A DNA stretch of 64,000 nucleotides, taken from NCBI GenBank assembly GCA_963810935.1, contig CAWEPK010000003.1, positions 96,001-160,000 of the forward strand. Direction: 5' to 3'. Shown here piece by piece: positions 48,656-59,447 of this stretch. The stretch's first letter is position 1. The number at the start of each line of letters is the position of its first letter. A program made the translations under genes and the position numbers. The notes under the pieces were generated by a model that saw only the letters and a list, made by a program, of their open reading frames with translations, was not told the origin of the DNA and did no database searches. The stretch is from an uncultured delta proteobacterium. Its GTDB lineage: Bacteria; Desulfobacterota; Syntrophorhabdia; Syntrophorhabdales; WCHB1-27.

Positions 48656-49701
48656 TCAGGGCCCGCCGCCGTTGCGGGGCACGGACGTCCGGTGCGCTCC
48701 ATCCTTGACATAGAGACCGACAGCGAAATAGGATGCCCCGTCCTTCCAGACGTCGAGGGCGCGGAAGCCTGCCCTGCCTGCCGTCTCCGCGAACCCTTCA
48801 ACCGTGTATTTGTAAGAGTTCTCAGTGTGCAGCCGCTCAAGGGCATCGAAGAAGACCGCCTCGTTCGCTACCGTAACGCGCTGGGCGGCAAGGCTCTCCA
48901 GGTACATCTCCACACGCCCCATGCCTTCATTGCAGACGGCCACGTGCCGGAACTTCGCCAGATCGAAGTCGGCGCTCAACTCCCTGTTGAGACGGGCGAG
49001 CAGGTTCAGGTTGAAAGAGGCGGTCACACCTTCGGGATCATCGTAAGCGCGGCTTAGAACGCCGCCGTCCTTCCGGAGGTCGTAGCCGATCAGAAGGCAG
49101 TCGCCTTCGTCCAGGAAGTCGTGGAAGCGGGTGAGGAGCCGGACCGCCTCAAACGGGTCGAGGTTGCCGATGCTTGAGCCGGGGAAGAGGATCAGGCGCC
49201 TTCCGGCCGGCGGCACGATGGGTTTGATCGGGTCGAGCCCCTCCATGAAGTCCATTGCAACCGCGTGAACGGCAACGCCGGGAAAGGTGCGGGCGATATC
49301 TGCGGCCCTGTCGCGCAGGTATTCGCCGGATATATCCAGCGGGACGAAGGACGACACCCGGCCCGTAGCGAGCAGGGTACGCGGACCTTGGCGCAGGCGC
49401 CTGCACCCGGCTCTATAATGCACAAGCGGCTCCCCAGCGGCTCCAGCATGGCGGCTGCGTAGCGCTCCAGAATGGACGTCTCGGCGCGGGTAACGTAATA
49501 GGCGGGCAGCTCGCAAATGAGGTCGAAGAGCCTCGACCCCTCAACATCGTAGAGGTATTTCGGCGGGATCGCCTTCGGCGTCTTCCTGAGGCCCTCGAGC
49601 ACCTCTTCCTCCATGGGCCGCGTGCCGGCCTCCATCTGCGTGAAGCGCGTGCGCACGCCGCGTCCCACGGCCCCTGTCAGCTCCGCTCGGTTTGCCTCCA
49701 T
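48656..49701 (-). CDS. egtD: L-histidine N-alpha-methyltransferase (EgtD-like); frameshift near 49380
   Basis: PKYLYD.EGS.LFD.IC.LP.YY.TRAE, FPGSSIGN, AYDD.EGVTA.FNLN.L, HTENSYKY; SD AAGGAGG before ATG 49701. Confidence 0.88.
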
Positions 49702-49813
49702 GGCCGGTCCCTCCTTCAAAGGAGCAATATAATCACTCGGTTCTGCCATGTATACCCGTGCAAGGCTTTATACGCGAAGGCGCCGGCCCTAGCCGCGTTA
49801 GCCTGCGCCGCTA

Positions 49814-49842
49814 TTGACTTTTCCCAACGATCGTCGTATAAA
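49814..49842 (+). promoter_or_regulatory. Sigma70 promoter upstream of metal efflux locus
   Basis: TTGACT-17-TATAAA. Confidence 0.55.
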
Positions 49843-49869
49843 TCTAGTCGGCTTAGTAAGGGGAGAGCA

Positions 49870-50157
49870 ATGAACGGGAAAAAGACTTTGAAGACTATCG
49901 TCGTACTACTTGGGATAGTCTTCCTTCTCAGCATCCTGACGGTTGAGTCCCATGCCCGCGAGCAGGGCGGGCTGGCAGCCAAACTGCCCACCATCATCGA
50001 CGGCACCATCGAGTTTGCGGTCGCAATTAACGACAAAGTCGAGTTTGACGTATTCAGACCCATAGAGTACCTCCCCCTTTCCCAAGAGATGTTTTTCGTC
50101 GTTAAATCCAGTACGCCTCCCCAGGTGTACAGGGGTCCTCCGCCCCCCGCAATTTAG
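49870..50157 (+). CDS. Small signal-peptide protein ending in RGPP motif
   Basis: SD GGGAG; hydrophobic N-terminus; C-terminus VYRGPPPPAI*. Confidence 0.6.
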   Translation: MNGKKTLKTIVVLLGIVFLLSILTVESHAREQGGLAAKLPTIIDGTIEFAVAINDKVEFDVFRPIEYLPLSQEMFFVVKSSTPPQVYRGPPPPAI

Positions 50158-50271
50158 CCCGATCATTTTCCCTGGAAACACAAAATGTTTTGTACATACT
50201 TTTGGGTCTCGCCGCTTGATGTAAAGGCGACAGACGGGGTGTTAACGGCAATCCGTTGGGGGGAACGGAAG

Positions 50272-50565
50272 ATGAAGAAAGCGCTTGCCCTTGCCGCAGT
50301 TGTGCTCATTCTCCTCACCGTGGGGGGGACGGCTTCGGCCCGTGGCGGCCATGGTGGCGGTGGCCACGGCGGCGGGCACGCCCACCACGGCGGCGGCCAT
50401 TGGGGAGGCCGGGCTTATGCAGGCGGGACGGCATTCGGCCACCCGTATTACGGTTACTACGGGGCATACCCCTATTCGACGTGGGTGCCCGGATACTGGA
50501 CGGAAATGTGTACACCGGAATATTGCGAGCGCGTTTGGGTGCCCGGCTACTGGCGGCGCTGGTAA
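50272..50565 (+). CDS. Small secreted Gly/His-rich protein with WVPGYW repeats
   Basis: MKK signal peptide, GGHGGGGH tract, two WVPGYW motifs. Confidence 0.7.
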   Translation: MKKALALAAVVLILLTVGGTASARGGHGGGGHGGGHAHHGGGHWGGRAYAGGTAFGHPYYGYYGAYPYSTWVPGYWTEMCTPEYCERVWVPGYWRRW

Positions 50566-50621
50566 AAGGTGTTTTGTGCATAATTCTTGCAAGATGGCTT
50601 ATCGTGAGTAAGGAGATGCCC

Positions 50622-51893
50622 ATGAAAACAAGGCTTTTTTTGCCCGGCTTTTTTATGATGCTTCTTCTTTTCGGCGTTGCGTCGTTTTCGGAAGCCGCAG
50701 GGCCGGTTACCTGGCAGCAGGTCAGGGACAGGTTCATCAGCACCAACCCAACCCTCCTCGCGGCACGCATGGGCATCGAAGAGGCCAAGGCGCAGGAGAT
50801 CACCGCCTACATGCGCCCTAACCCGCAATTCACGGCCGCGACCGACTACATCCATCCCTTCAGGTCGAACGGCGCCCTCCAGGACGCCCAGCCCTCGATT
50901 GCGCTCTCGTATCTCATCGAGAGGATGAACAAGCGGGGCCTCAGGCTGGAGACGGCGCGGAAGGGGACATCGGTCGCCGTATCACAGCTTGCCGACCAGG
51001 AGCGGACGCTCCTGTTCGCACTGCGGAGCGCCTTTATACAGGTCTTGCAGCAGAAGGCCATCCTGGCCCTTGCACTGGACAACCTCGCCTATTACGACCA
51101 TGTGATCGACGTCGGCAATGAGCGGTTCAGGGTGGGGGACATATCAAGGGTCGAGCTCGACCGCCTCCAGCTCCAGCGGGTCACCTACGAGTCGGATTTA
51201 CAGACGGCGACCGTCAATCTACGGACAGCCAAGATCCAGCTTCTCATGCTCACGAACGACCGGACCCCCGTCGACCAGTTTGACGTGACCGGACCCTTCG
51301 ATTTCAGCGAGGCGGTCCTGCCCCTTTCCGATTTGCGGCAGACCGCCCTGGATACGAGGCCGGACCTTAAGGCTGCGGCCCTCTCCATCGAGCAGGCAAA
51401 AAGCGCCTACAGCCTCGCAAGGGCGAATGCATCGACGGACCCGACCGTCTCGCTCGACGGCGGCCGCCTGGGGCAAAACACCGGGGGGGCGTACGGCTAC
51501 AGCTACGCGGGCTTTTCGATCAGCATTCCCCTGCGCATCTTCGACCGTAACCAGGGCGAGATACTCCGCACGAAGCTGGACATCACCCGCAGCGAAAGGC
51601 TGCTCAACGCGACGGAAGCGCAGCTTTACGGCGACGTCGATTCGGCTTACGCGATCTTTACGAGCACCATCGCGCTGCTCAAGCCCTATAAGGCCCGGTA
51701 TCTCCAACAGGCGGCCACGGTCAGGGAGACGGTGACGTTCTCCTACGAGCGCGGCGGGGCCTCCCTGCTCGAATTTCTGGACGCGACGCGCGATTACAGG
51801 TCCGTGCAGACGGCCTATCTCAACCTGGTCGGCTCTTATTTGGCGGCCGCCGCACAGATGAACCTGGCGGTAGGCCGGGAGGTTATTGAATGA
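50622..51893 (+). CDS. TolC-family outer membrane efflux protein (CzcC-like)
   Basis: NP.L, RPDL, SIPLRIFDRNQG, YERGGASLLEFLDA. Confidence 0.9.
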   Translation: MKTRLFLPGFFMMLLLFGVASFSEAAGPVTWQQVRDRFISTNPTLLAARMGIEEAKAQEITAYMRPNPQFTAATDYIHPFRSNGALQDAQPSIALSYLIERMNKRGLRLETARKGTSVAVSQLADQERTLLFALRSAFIQVLQQKAILALALDNLAYYDHVIDVGNERFRVGDISRVELDRLQLQRVTYESDLQTATVNLRTAKIQLLMLTNDRTPVDQFDVTGPFDFSEAVLPLSDLRQTALDTRPDLKAAALSIEQAKSAYSLARANASTDPTVSLDGGRLGQNTGGAYGYSYAGFSISIPLRIFDRNQGEILRTKLDITRSERLLNATEAQLYGDVDSAYAIFTSTIALLKPYKARYLQQAATVRETVTFSYERGGASLLEFLDATRDYRSVQTAYLNLVGSYLAAAAQMNLAVGREVIE

Positions 51894-53026
51894 AACGTAT
51901 GGTTCTCGCGGCATTCCCCTGCCTGGTTCTGCTCCTTTTCCTCGCCTCGTGCGGCCGGAAAGGGGAAGCAGACCTCGGTGCGCCTCCTCCGGCCCAGGTC
52001 GAGCGCGAGCAGGACTCTACTGTATTCAAGGTGGCCCGTCCGGAGCAGTTCCCCCTTGCTACGGCGGGTGAGCATAAGGCTGCGCCGGAGCTGACCGTCA
52101 CCGGCGTTGTCACCCCCGACGTCGCCCGCTCGGTCCCGGCCATATCGCTGGCCTCCGGCCGCGCCCTTGAGGTGAAGGCGCGACTGGGCGACACCGTGCA
52201 GAAGGGACAGCTCCTTATGCGGGTAAAAAGCAACGATGTTGCGGCAGCCTACGCGGCCTACCGGAACGCGACATGCAGCGAGCAGCTCTCCAAGCTCCAG
52301 GTCGAGCGCGCGAGGCTGCTTTTCGAAAAAGGCGCTATTGCAAAAAAGGACCTGGAAATAGCCGAGCAGGTGGAAGAGTCTAACCTCGTCGTCCTCGACG
52401 CCGCCGTCCAGGCGTTGCGCATCCTCGGCGTGTCTGACCTGAAAAACCACCCGAACGGGGTCGTCGACGTCTACGCGCCCATATCGGGCGTCATCATAGA
52501 GCAGAACGTTACAGCAGGCGCCGGCGTGAAGACGCTCGACAACTCGCCGAACCTCTTCACCATCGCAAACCTGGACAACGTCTGGCTCATGTGCGACGTT
52601 TACGAGAACAACCTTTCCTTCGTCCGCCTCGGCGACTACGCGGACGTCCGCCTCAACGCATTTCCCGACAAGGTTTATAAGGGAAGGGTCAGCAATATAG
52701 GGCCCATCCTCGACCCTAACATCCGCACGGCGAAGGTCCGGCTGGAGATGCCCAACCCCGTCCGCCAGATGAGTATAGGCATGTTCGTTACGGCCACGTT
52801 CTACGGGCAGCAGGAGGAGACGTTCACGACGGTCCCCGCGTCCGCAGTCCTCCACCTGCACGACCGCGACTGGGTCTACGTCCCGGCGGAGGCCGGCCAG
52901 TTCAGGCGCGTCGAGGTGCGGGGCAGGAAGATGCTTGCAGGCAACGTGCAGGAAGTGACGGGGATAAGCCCGGGCCAGAAGGTGGTTGTTAACGCGCTGT
53001 CGCTCCAGGCGACGGCGGAGCAGTAA
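51890..53026 (+). CDS. RND membrane fusion protein (CzcB-like)
   Basis: Lipobox LASC, GDTVQKGQ.L, APISGV, LDP.IRT.KVR. Confidence 0.9.
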   Translation: MKRMVLAAFPCLVLLLFLASCGRKGEADLGAPPPAQVEREQDSTVFKVARPEQFPLATAGEHKAAPELTVTGVVTPDVARSVPAISLASGRALEVKARLGDTVQKGQLLMRVKSNDVAAAYAAYRNATCSEQLSKLQVERARLLFEKGAIAKKDLEIAEQVEESNLVVLDAAVQALRILGVSDLKNHPNGVVDVYAPISGVIIEQNVTAGAGVKTLDNSPNLFTIANLDNVWLMCDVYENNLSFVRLGDYADVRLNAFPDKVYKGRVSNIGPILDPNIRTAKVRLEMPNPVRQMSIGMFVTATFYGQQEETFTTVPASAVLHLHDRDWVYVPAEAGQFRRVEVRGRKMLAGNVQEVTGISPGQKVVVNALSLQATAEQ

Positions 53027-53028
53027 AG

Positions 53029-56000
53029 ATGATATCGGCTGTAGTCGATTTCGCCCTGAGCACAAGTGGTTCATGGTCCTCGCCTTCGCCGTTTTCCTGT
53101 TCTTGGCATAGGGGTCGTGCAGTTCCAGCACCTCTCCATCGAGGCCTATCCAGACGTGGCCAACAACTATGCCTGGATCATCACGCAGTGGCCCGGCAGA
53201 GCCGCCGAGGAGGTGGAACAGCAGGTAACCATCCCCATTGAAAACACCATGAACGGCATACCCTACCGCACGTACCTGAGGTCCGTGTCGATTGCCGGAT
53301 TATCGGTCGTCATCATAACGTTCGAGGATAACTCGGACAATTTCCAGAACCGGCAGAGGGTGCTTGAGCGCATCTCGATGGTGACGCTGCCTTCCGGCCT
53401 CCAGCCGAATATCGGTCCCGACTTCAGCCCCGTGGGGCAAATCTATTTCTTCACGCTCCGCAGCTCCAACCCGGCTTATGACGCCATGGAGCTGAAGACC
53501 CTGATGGACTGGACCCTCGTGAAGCAGTTCAAGTCGGTGCCGAACGTGGTGGACGTCGCGCCCTTCGGCGCGCCGACGCGCGAGTACCAGGTGCGGGTGG
53601 ACCCCGATAAGCTCGTCTCCTACGGCCTCTCCATCGGCCAGGTGGAGCAGCAGCTCACGAACAACAACGTTAATGCGGGCGGCAGCTTCATCGAGGCGGG
53701 CATGCAGCAGATCAACGTGCGCGTGGTCGGCCTCGTGCACAGCGTACAGGACATCGAGGATACGGTCATCACGGCGAAAAACGGCACTCCGGTGCGCATC
53801 AAGGACATCGCCGTAGTGGCGCAGGGCCCCAAGATCAGGCTGGGCCAGTTCGGCAGGGCAATCCACCGGGCGGACGGCAAGATCATCGACAACGACGACG
53901 TCGCCTCCGGCATAGTCCTCATGCGGAAAGGGGCGCCTTTCGACGAGACTATCGTCGGTGTCGAGAAAAAGGTCAAGGAGCTGAACAACGGGATACTGCC
54001 GCCTGGCGTGAAGGTCGTCCCCTTCAACGACCGTGGAGACCTCGTCCATTACACGACCCACACGGTGCTACACAACCTGACGGAAGGCTTCATCCTCGTC
54101 ACGATCGTCCTCCTCCTCTTTTTGGGGAGCGTCAGGGGTGCTATCGTCGTCGCCTTGACCATCCCATTCGCCCTCTTCTTCGCTGCAAGCTGCCTGCACC
54201 TCAGCAGGATACCCGCAAACCTCCTCTCGCTGGGCGCGCTCGACTTCGGCATGGTGGTAGACGGCGCGATCGTGATGGTAGAGAATATCATCCGCCACAT
54301 AGGCCATAAGGACCCCGGCGTCTCGCTGCCCGACAGGATCAGGGCCGCAGCCCACGAGGTGCAAAGGCCCGTCTTCTACGCCATCCTCATCATCATCACC
54401 GCCTACCTCCCCATTTACACGCTCCAGAGCGTCGAGGGGCGTCTTTTCAAGCCGATGGCCCTGACGGTCGGGTTTGCCCTCCTGGGCGCCATGATATTCT
54501 CAGTAACGCTCGCCCCCATACTGTTGAGCTTCCTGTTCCGCAAAGAGACCCCGGAATGGCATAACCCGGTGGTTACGCACGTCACCCGGCTCTACCGATT
54601 ATCTCTCACCTGGTCCATCCATCACCGCAAAGCGATGATCGCCGTTGCGGTATTGACGCTGTGCGGCAGCGTCTACCTGGTCGAGAGCGGCGTTATCGGC
54701 TCCGAGTTCCTGCCCCATCTCGACGAAGGCTCCATCTGGGTGCGCGGGACGCTCGCGCCCAGCACAGGGCCGAACGAGTCGATTCGGGTGGCAGACCGAA
54801 CCAGGATCGCGCTTGCCGGTTTCCCGGAAGCCACCCAGGTGACGAGCCAAGCGGGGCGGGACGACGCCGGGCAGGACTTCACTGGGTTCTTCAACACGGA
54901 ATACTGTGTTAACCTTAAGCCCAAGAACAAATGGCGCCCTGTCTTCCACCAGGATAAAGACAAACTGATCTCCGCGATGAACCGGGAGCTGCAAAAGATA
55001 CCCGGCGTGATCTGGAACTTTTCCCAGCCGATCCAGGACAACATGGAAGAGGCCGTAAGCGGCGTCAAGGGGCAGCTCGCGACGAAAATCTATGGCGACG
55101 ACCTCCGGGTGCTGGAGGAAAAAGGCGAAGAGATCGTAAAGATAATGAGGCAGCGTGAAAGGAATCAAGGACCTGGGCCTTTTCCGGGTCGTCGGCCAGC
55201 CGAACCTGAATTTCGTCGTCGACCGCGAGCAAGCCGCCCGTTACCAGATAAACGTCGCCGACGTTCAGGACGCTATCCAGACCGCAGCCGGAGGCAACGC
55301 ACTCACCCAGGTGCTCCAGGGCGAGCAGCGCTACGATCTCGTTATGCGCTACCTTCCGGCCTACCGCGATACGAAGGAGGCGCTTGAAAAAATCCGCCTC
55401 CTCAGCCCTTCCGGCGAGAGGGTTTCCCTCGCCCAGCTTTGCAAGATCGAGACGAAAGACGGCGCCGCACAGATCTACCGTGAAGGGAACAGGCGCTACG
55501 TCGCAGTCAAGTACAGCGTCAGGGGGCGGGACCTCGGCAGCACGGTCGAGGAGGCGATGGAAAAGGTGCAGAAGCAGGTGAAGCTGCCTTACGGATATAC
55601 GATAAGCTGGATGGGCGAGTACGAGAGCCAGAAGCGCGCCGAGGCACGCCTGCTCATCATCGTGCCCGTCACGATCTTCTTCATATTCATGATTATTTAC
55701 GGCGCTTTCGGGTCGGCAAAGTGGGCTTGTCTCCACATGGTCAACGTGGCGGTGGCGCGCATAGGCGGGCTTCTGGCTCTCCTAGTGACGGGCACCCATT
55801 TCAGCGTCTCCTCGGGGGTGGGGTTCATGGCCTTATTTGGCTGCTCCGTCCAGACAGGCGTCGTTATGGTGGAGTATATCAACCAGCTCCGCTCAAGGGG
55901 CTATTCGATCACGGATGCGGCCGTGGAAGGGGCGACACGCCGCTTGAGGCCCATCATGATGACGATGCTCGTGGCGACGCTTGGGCTCCTGCCGGCCGCG

Positions 56001-56168
56001 ATGTCGCATGCCGATAGGGTCCGACTCGCAGCGGCCTTTCGCCATAGTCATCGTTGGGGGGCTGATCGCCGACCTTTTTATCGAGCATTTACCTGCTACC
56101 CACTTTTTACGTCTGGTGGGCGCGCCCGACCGACCACCTGCCGAAGAAGGAAGAGTCTATGCCTGTAG
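53029..56168 (+). CDS. Heavy-metal RND permease (CzcA-type); about 5 frameshifts, 3' end approximate
   Basis: EAYPDV, LGALDFGMVVDGAIVMVEN, RLRPIMMT; frame breaks near 53059, 53103, 55151, 56013, 56083. Confidence 0.88.
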
Positions 56169-56343
56169 ACAAGACCGGACGACGACGCCTAAAAAGGCCG
56201 GTCGCGCCACACTGCCCGATTATTTCGATTGCTTGTCGTCGGCATATGGACCCTGAAGGCACTAAAAGGGTCATTTGTCTGCCAACGAGACAGATTTCTA
56301 TTTTAAATATTGCTGCACCGCTGTAGAATTAGTGCGTGAAAAG

Positions 56344-56934
56344 ATGATCGAGGATGTGCTCTTAGTCATAAGGGCCTGCCTTTCGGCTGACGCCGCCGCC
56401 TGGAAGGTTTTTTTCACCGAATACGCGCCCGTTGCTATTAACATCCTGAGCAGGGCGATCCCGGATTTGTCCGCCCACGAAAAAGAAGACATAGCTCAGA
56501 ACACGTTTTCCAAGCTCCTCAAAGGGGGCCTCCGGAACTTCCGCGGCTCTACCAGATACGAATTCCTCGCCTATCTAAAGCAGATCGTTCTCAATGAGGC
56601 GCGCACGTATCTTAAGTCGGAAAAGGATTGGAGGGGTAGATTATCTTTCGACGAGGAGGCGGACCGCGGCCGGCTGGGCTCCTCCGAGGAAGTAACGGAC
56701 GGGAATGCGGAGCCCTACAGCGTGACGAAGCGGGAAGAGCAGATGCAGATAATAAACACAGTGCTCGAAGGCTCGCCCCTCGAAACCAGGCAGGTGCTCC
56801 TTATGAAGATGGAGGGATATAAAGACAGGGAGATCGCGGATATCCTTGGTATCTCCCTGGGCACGGTTGCCTCGCGGTATGCACGCGTAAAAGAAAGGAT
56901 CAAGGTATACTCGGTAGGGAAGACGGAACCCTAG
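56344..56934 (+). CDS. ECF-type RNA polymerase sigma factor
   Basis: EDIAQNTF.K region 2; GY..REIA..LGISLGTVASR region 4. Confidence 0.88.
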   Translation: MIEDVLLVIRACLSADAAAWKVFFTEYAPVAINILSRAIPDLSAHEKEDIAQNTFSKLLKGGLRNFRGSTRYEFLAYLKQIVLNEARTYLKSEKDWRGRLSFDEEADRGRLGSSEEVTDGNAEPYSVTKREEQMQIINTVLEGSPLETRQVLLMKMEGYKDREIADILGISLGTVASRYARVKERIKVYSVGKTEP

Positions 56935-56937
56935 TTC

Positions 56938-58408
56938 TTACCGCCCGATCAGCCGCCGCAACATCTCCGCGGAGCCCGCGTCGAGCGCCTTTAGCCTGTC
57001 GTATGCCGCCATCGCCTTCTTTTTGTTGCCCTGCGCGAGGCTGGGCAAGGCCTATCTGGTACTGGGCCTCGGCGTCCTTCGGGTTCGCGCCTACGATCTT
57101 TTCGTATTTCCCGATTGCAGCGTTGTATTCACCCTTCATTTGCAGGCACATTGCAAAGCTGAAGAGGGCGTCGGCGTTCTCGGGCTCGATTTTCAGCGCC
57201 TCCTCATATTCCGCTGCCTCGAGCTCGGGCAGCCCTTTCTTATAATACGCGTAGGCTAGCTCCATGCGGGCGCCAAAAAGGTTCGGGTTTTGCGAGAGCG
57301 CCTTCTTCAGGCAATCGATCGCCTCGTCCCACAGCTCGGCATCACGCGCCAGGATGCCTTTCATGTAGAGGTCCAAAGCTTCCTGTGAGAATTTCATGTC
57401 CTTCAGCTCGGCTACCGGGATGGCCCTGCCTTCCGCAGCTATCTGCCCCGCGTCTCCGACCGGTACGGCCAGGTTTATGCTCTTCTCCCCGGTAGTGACG
57501 AGGCCCACCAGTCTCCCCTGTTTGTCTATGATGGCCCCACGCGAGCCCTTCTCACGGAGCGTGACGAGCTGGATATAGCGCATCGGCCGGTCGCTGCGCC
57601 TGCCGGGCATGGCGCTGACTGCGCGCACGGCCGATTCCCGCACCCGCCCGTCCGCCGGGAACCGGTCGGTGACGAGAAACACCGTCTCCCCTACGGCCAC
57701 CCGGCTTATGTCCGCAACGGGCATGGAGGGGAGCGATTCGTTGTCTATCTTCATCACGGCGAGGTCCCTGTCCTCGTCCCGCCACACATTCGCGGTTTGA
57801 AACGTCCTTCCGTCGCTTAAGGTGATCCGGATGGTGCTTGCGCCGGCCAGGAAATGGAGGCTTGACGCAATGAGCCCGGCCGGGTTAACTACCACGCCGT
57901 TCGTGGCTCCCATTACGCCCCCTGCATCGTCCAGGGCCTGCACGCGGACGAAGGAGCGGGCATCGATGAGGGGGATGCCGGAAGGGGTGGACGGCTTAAG
58001 GAAGACATAAAGGCAGATTATAACTACGCATGAGGCGATCAGGCCGACGGCCCCGTACCTCCATCGCCCGGACAGGGTTGCAGCAAGGGCCTTCAGGCTG
58101 GCGACGAGCTGTAATCCGCGACGGCGTTTCGGCTTCTTCTTCCGCTCCTCCGGGCACAGCCTTTTTAGCCTGCCGTAAAACCTCAGAGGAAGCTTCATCG
58201 GGAGCCGCTCGTAATAGAGCATCTCCATCATGTCGTTGAGCTGCTTTACGCAGTACGGACATGCGAGCAAATGGCTCGATGCGGCCTGCCTTTCCTGCGG
58301 CCGCAGCTTCCCTTCCGCGAATAGGCCGAGGGTGGCAGGATCGAGGCAATCCTCTCCCCTGAATCCATCGATCCCCGGTAGTCCTCTCGTTGTCCCGGAT
58401 GTGGTCAT
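56938..58408 (-). CDS. Zinc-finger anti-sigma domain - TM - trypsin-like domain - TPR protein; +1 frameshift near 57040
   Basis: C...HLLACPYC (zf-HC2), TM helix, HtrA-like fold (LH, DLAV.KI), several TPRs; corrected frame ends LRRLIGR* at 56938. Confidence 0.78.
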
Positions 58409-58585
58409 TTTAGCGCCGATACTATATATAAGACTCGGATTTTGCTGTTTTTCTTCCTTGATTTCAAAAAAATTTCATCATTCATCCAATCGGGCGGGGA
58501 TTAGTGCCTTTTTTGGAAGCGGGGCGCGGGCAAGGGAAGAATATGGTTACGCCCGGTCGAACGGGATTGATTTGTGCAAAATGGC

Positions 58586-59044
58586 TTACTGCAGCCAGGG
58601 CCTTAGTTGACTCAGGTAGGTCTCGGGGAGGCCGCATTCCTTGGCGGCCGAGAGGATCTGTTCGAGGTAGCCGGGCCTGGGCTTCCCAGGCTTGCTGTCT
58701 GCCGCCACGTAAACGAGGGCATTCACCTTGTTGCCGTCCGGCATCTGCACGTCGACGTATTCCCGCCGGTAGGCGCCGCTTTCAACGCCCTCGTAACGGT
58801 CAAGGGAGCGCTCGTCGCTATCGGAGATTTGCCAGAGGAGGCCGAGCACGGCCGAAGACCGGTCCGGCACCACAGTGGCGACACCGTGCGAGTTGATTAT
58901 AAACTTGTGGAAGGCAAGCGTAGCGGTGCCGACCGTTGCCGCGCGCTCGCACCGGGTGCTCATCTGCACAAGGTCCATATTCGAGCCGTAAGCGAAGTAG
59001 AGGACCAATAGCAGACTCCAGGATATGCAGGCGCGATTTCCCAT
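58586..59044 (-). CDS. Gamma-glutamylcyclotransferase family protein
   Basis: LYFAYGSNM, LDRYEG, Y.R, P...YL. Confidence 0.88.
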   Translation of the reverse strand: MGNRACISWSLLLVLYFAYGSNMDLVQMSTRCERAATVGTATLAFHKFIINSHGVATVVPDRSSAVLGLLWQISDSDERSLDRYEGVESGAYRREYVDVQMPDGNKVNALVYVAADSKPGKPRPGYLEQILSAAKECGLPETYLSQLRPWLQ

Positions 59045-59078
59045 CTTATGAGCACGGCCGAACCCGCGCGTCGCGAGC

Positions 59079-59447
59079 TTAGTATTCGGGGGTCTCCTCG
59101 TCGACCTCGTCGCCAGGCTCGATGTCGCCCTTTAGGACCCCGTCCATCCAGTCGGCCTGCATCTTGCCGAGATACGAATCATCGAGCAAATACCTCGCCT
59201 CGTGGTCTGGGTGGGCCTCACGCTCCGGGTCGTCCCACATCACCTTGTACGCATTGAAGCGGTTGGCGAAGCGCGCCCAGAACCGGGGCGCGATCTCGTT
59301 GTCGATCCGGTCCCTGTCATGCCGCATGAGCGCCGTCTGGTACTCCTCGCTCAAGAGCGTCAGCAGCTCGTCGTCCGGTCTCTGCTCGTCCGAAACGGGC
59401 AGCATCGCGTTTACGTCTAATTTGTTTTTGCGGGCTTTTCTTGCCAT
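59079..59447 (-). CDS. Hypothetical acidic protein
   Basis: SD AGAGG, host-like codon usage; no family recognised. Confidence 0.55.
   Translation of the reverse strand: MARKARKNKLDVNAMLPVSDEQRPDDELLTLLSEEYQTALMRHDRDRIDNEIAPRFWARFANRFNAYKVMWDDPEREAHPDHEARYLLDDSYLGKMQADWMDGVLKGDIEPGDEVDEETPEY

Noticed and set aside
53029..56168. czcA as a pseudogene or split gene
   Set aside because: Only frameshifts, no nonsense codons seen in the coding frames, partners intact, and similar slips occur across the window; sequencing error is more likely, though not proven
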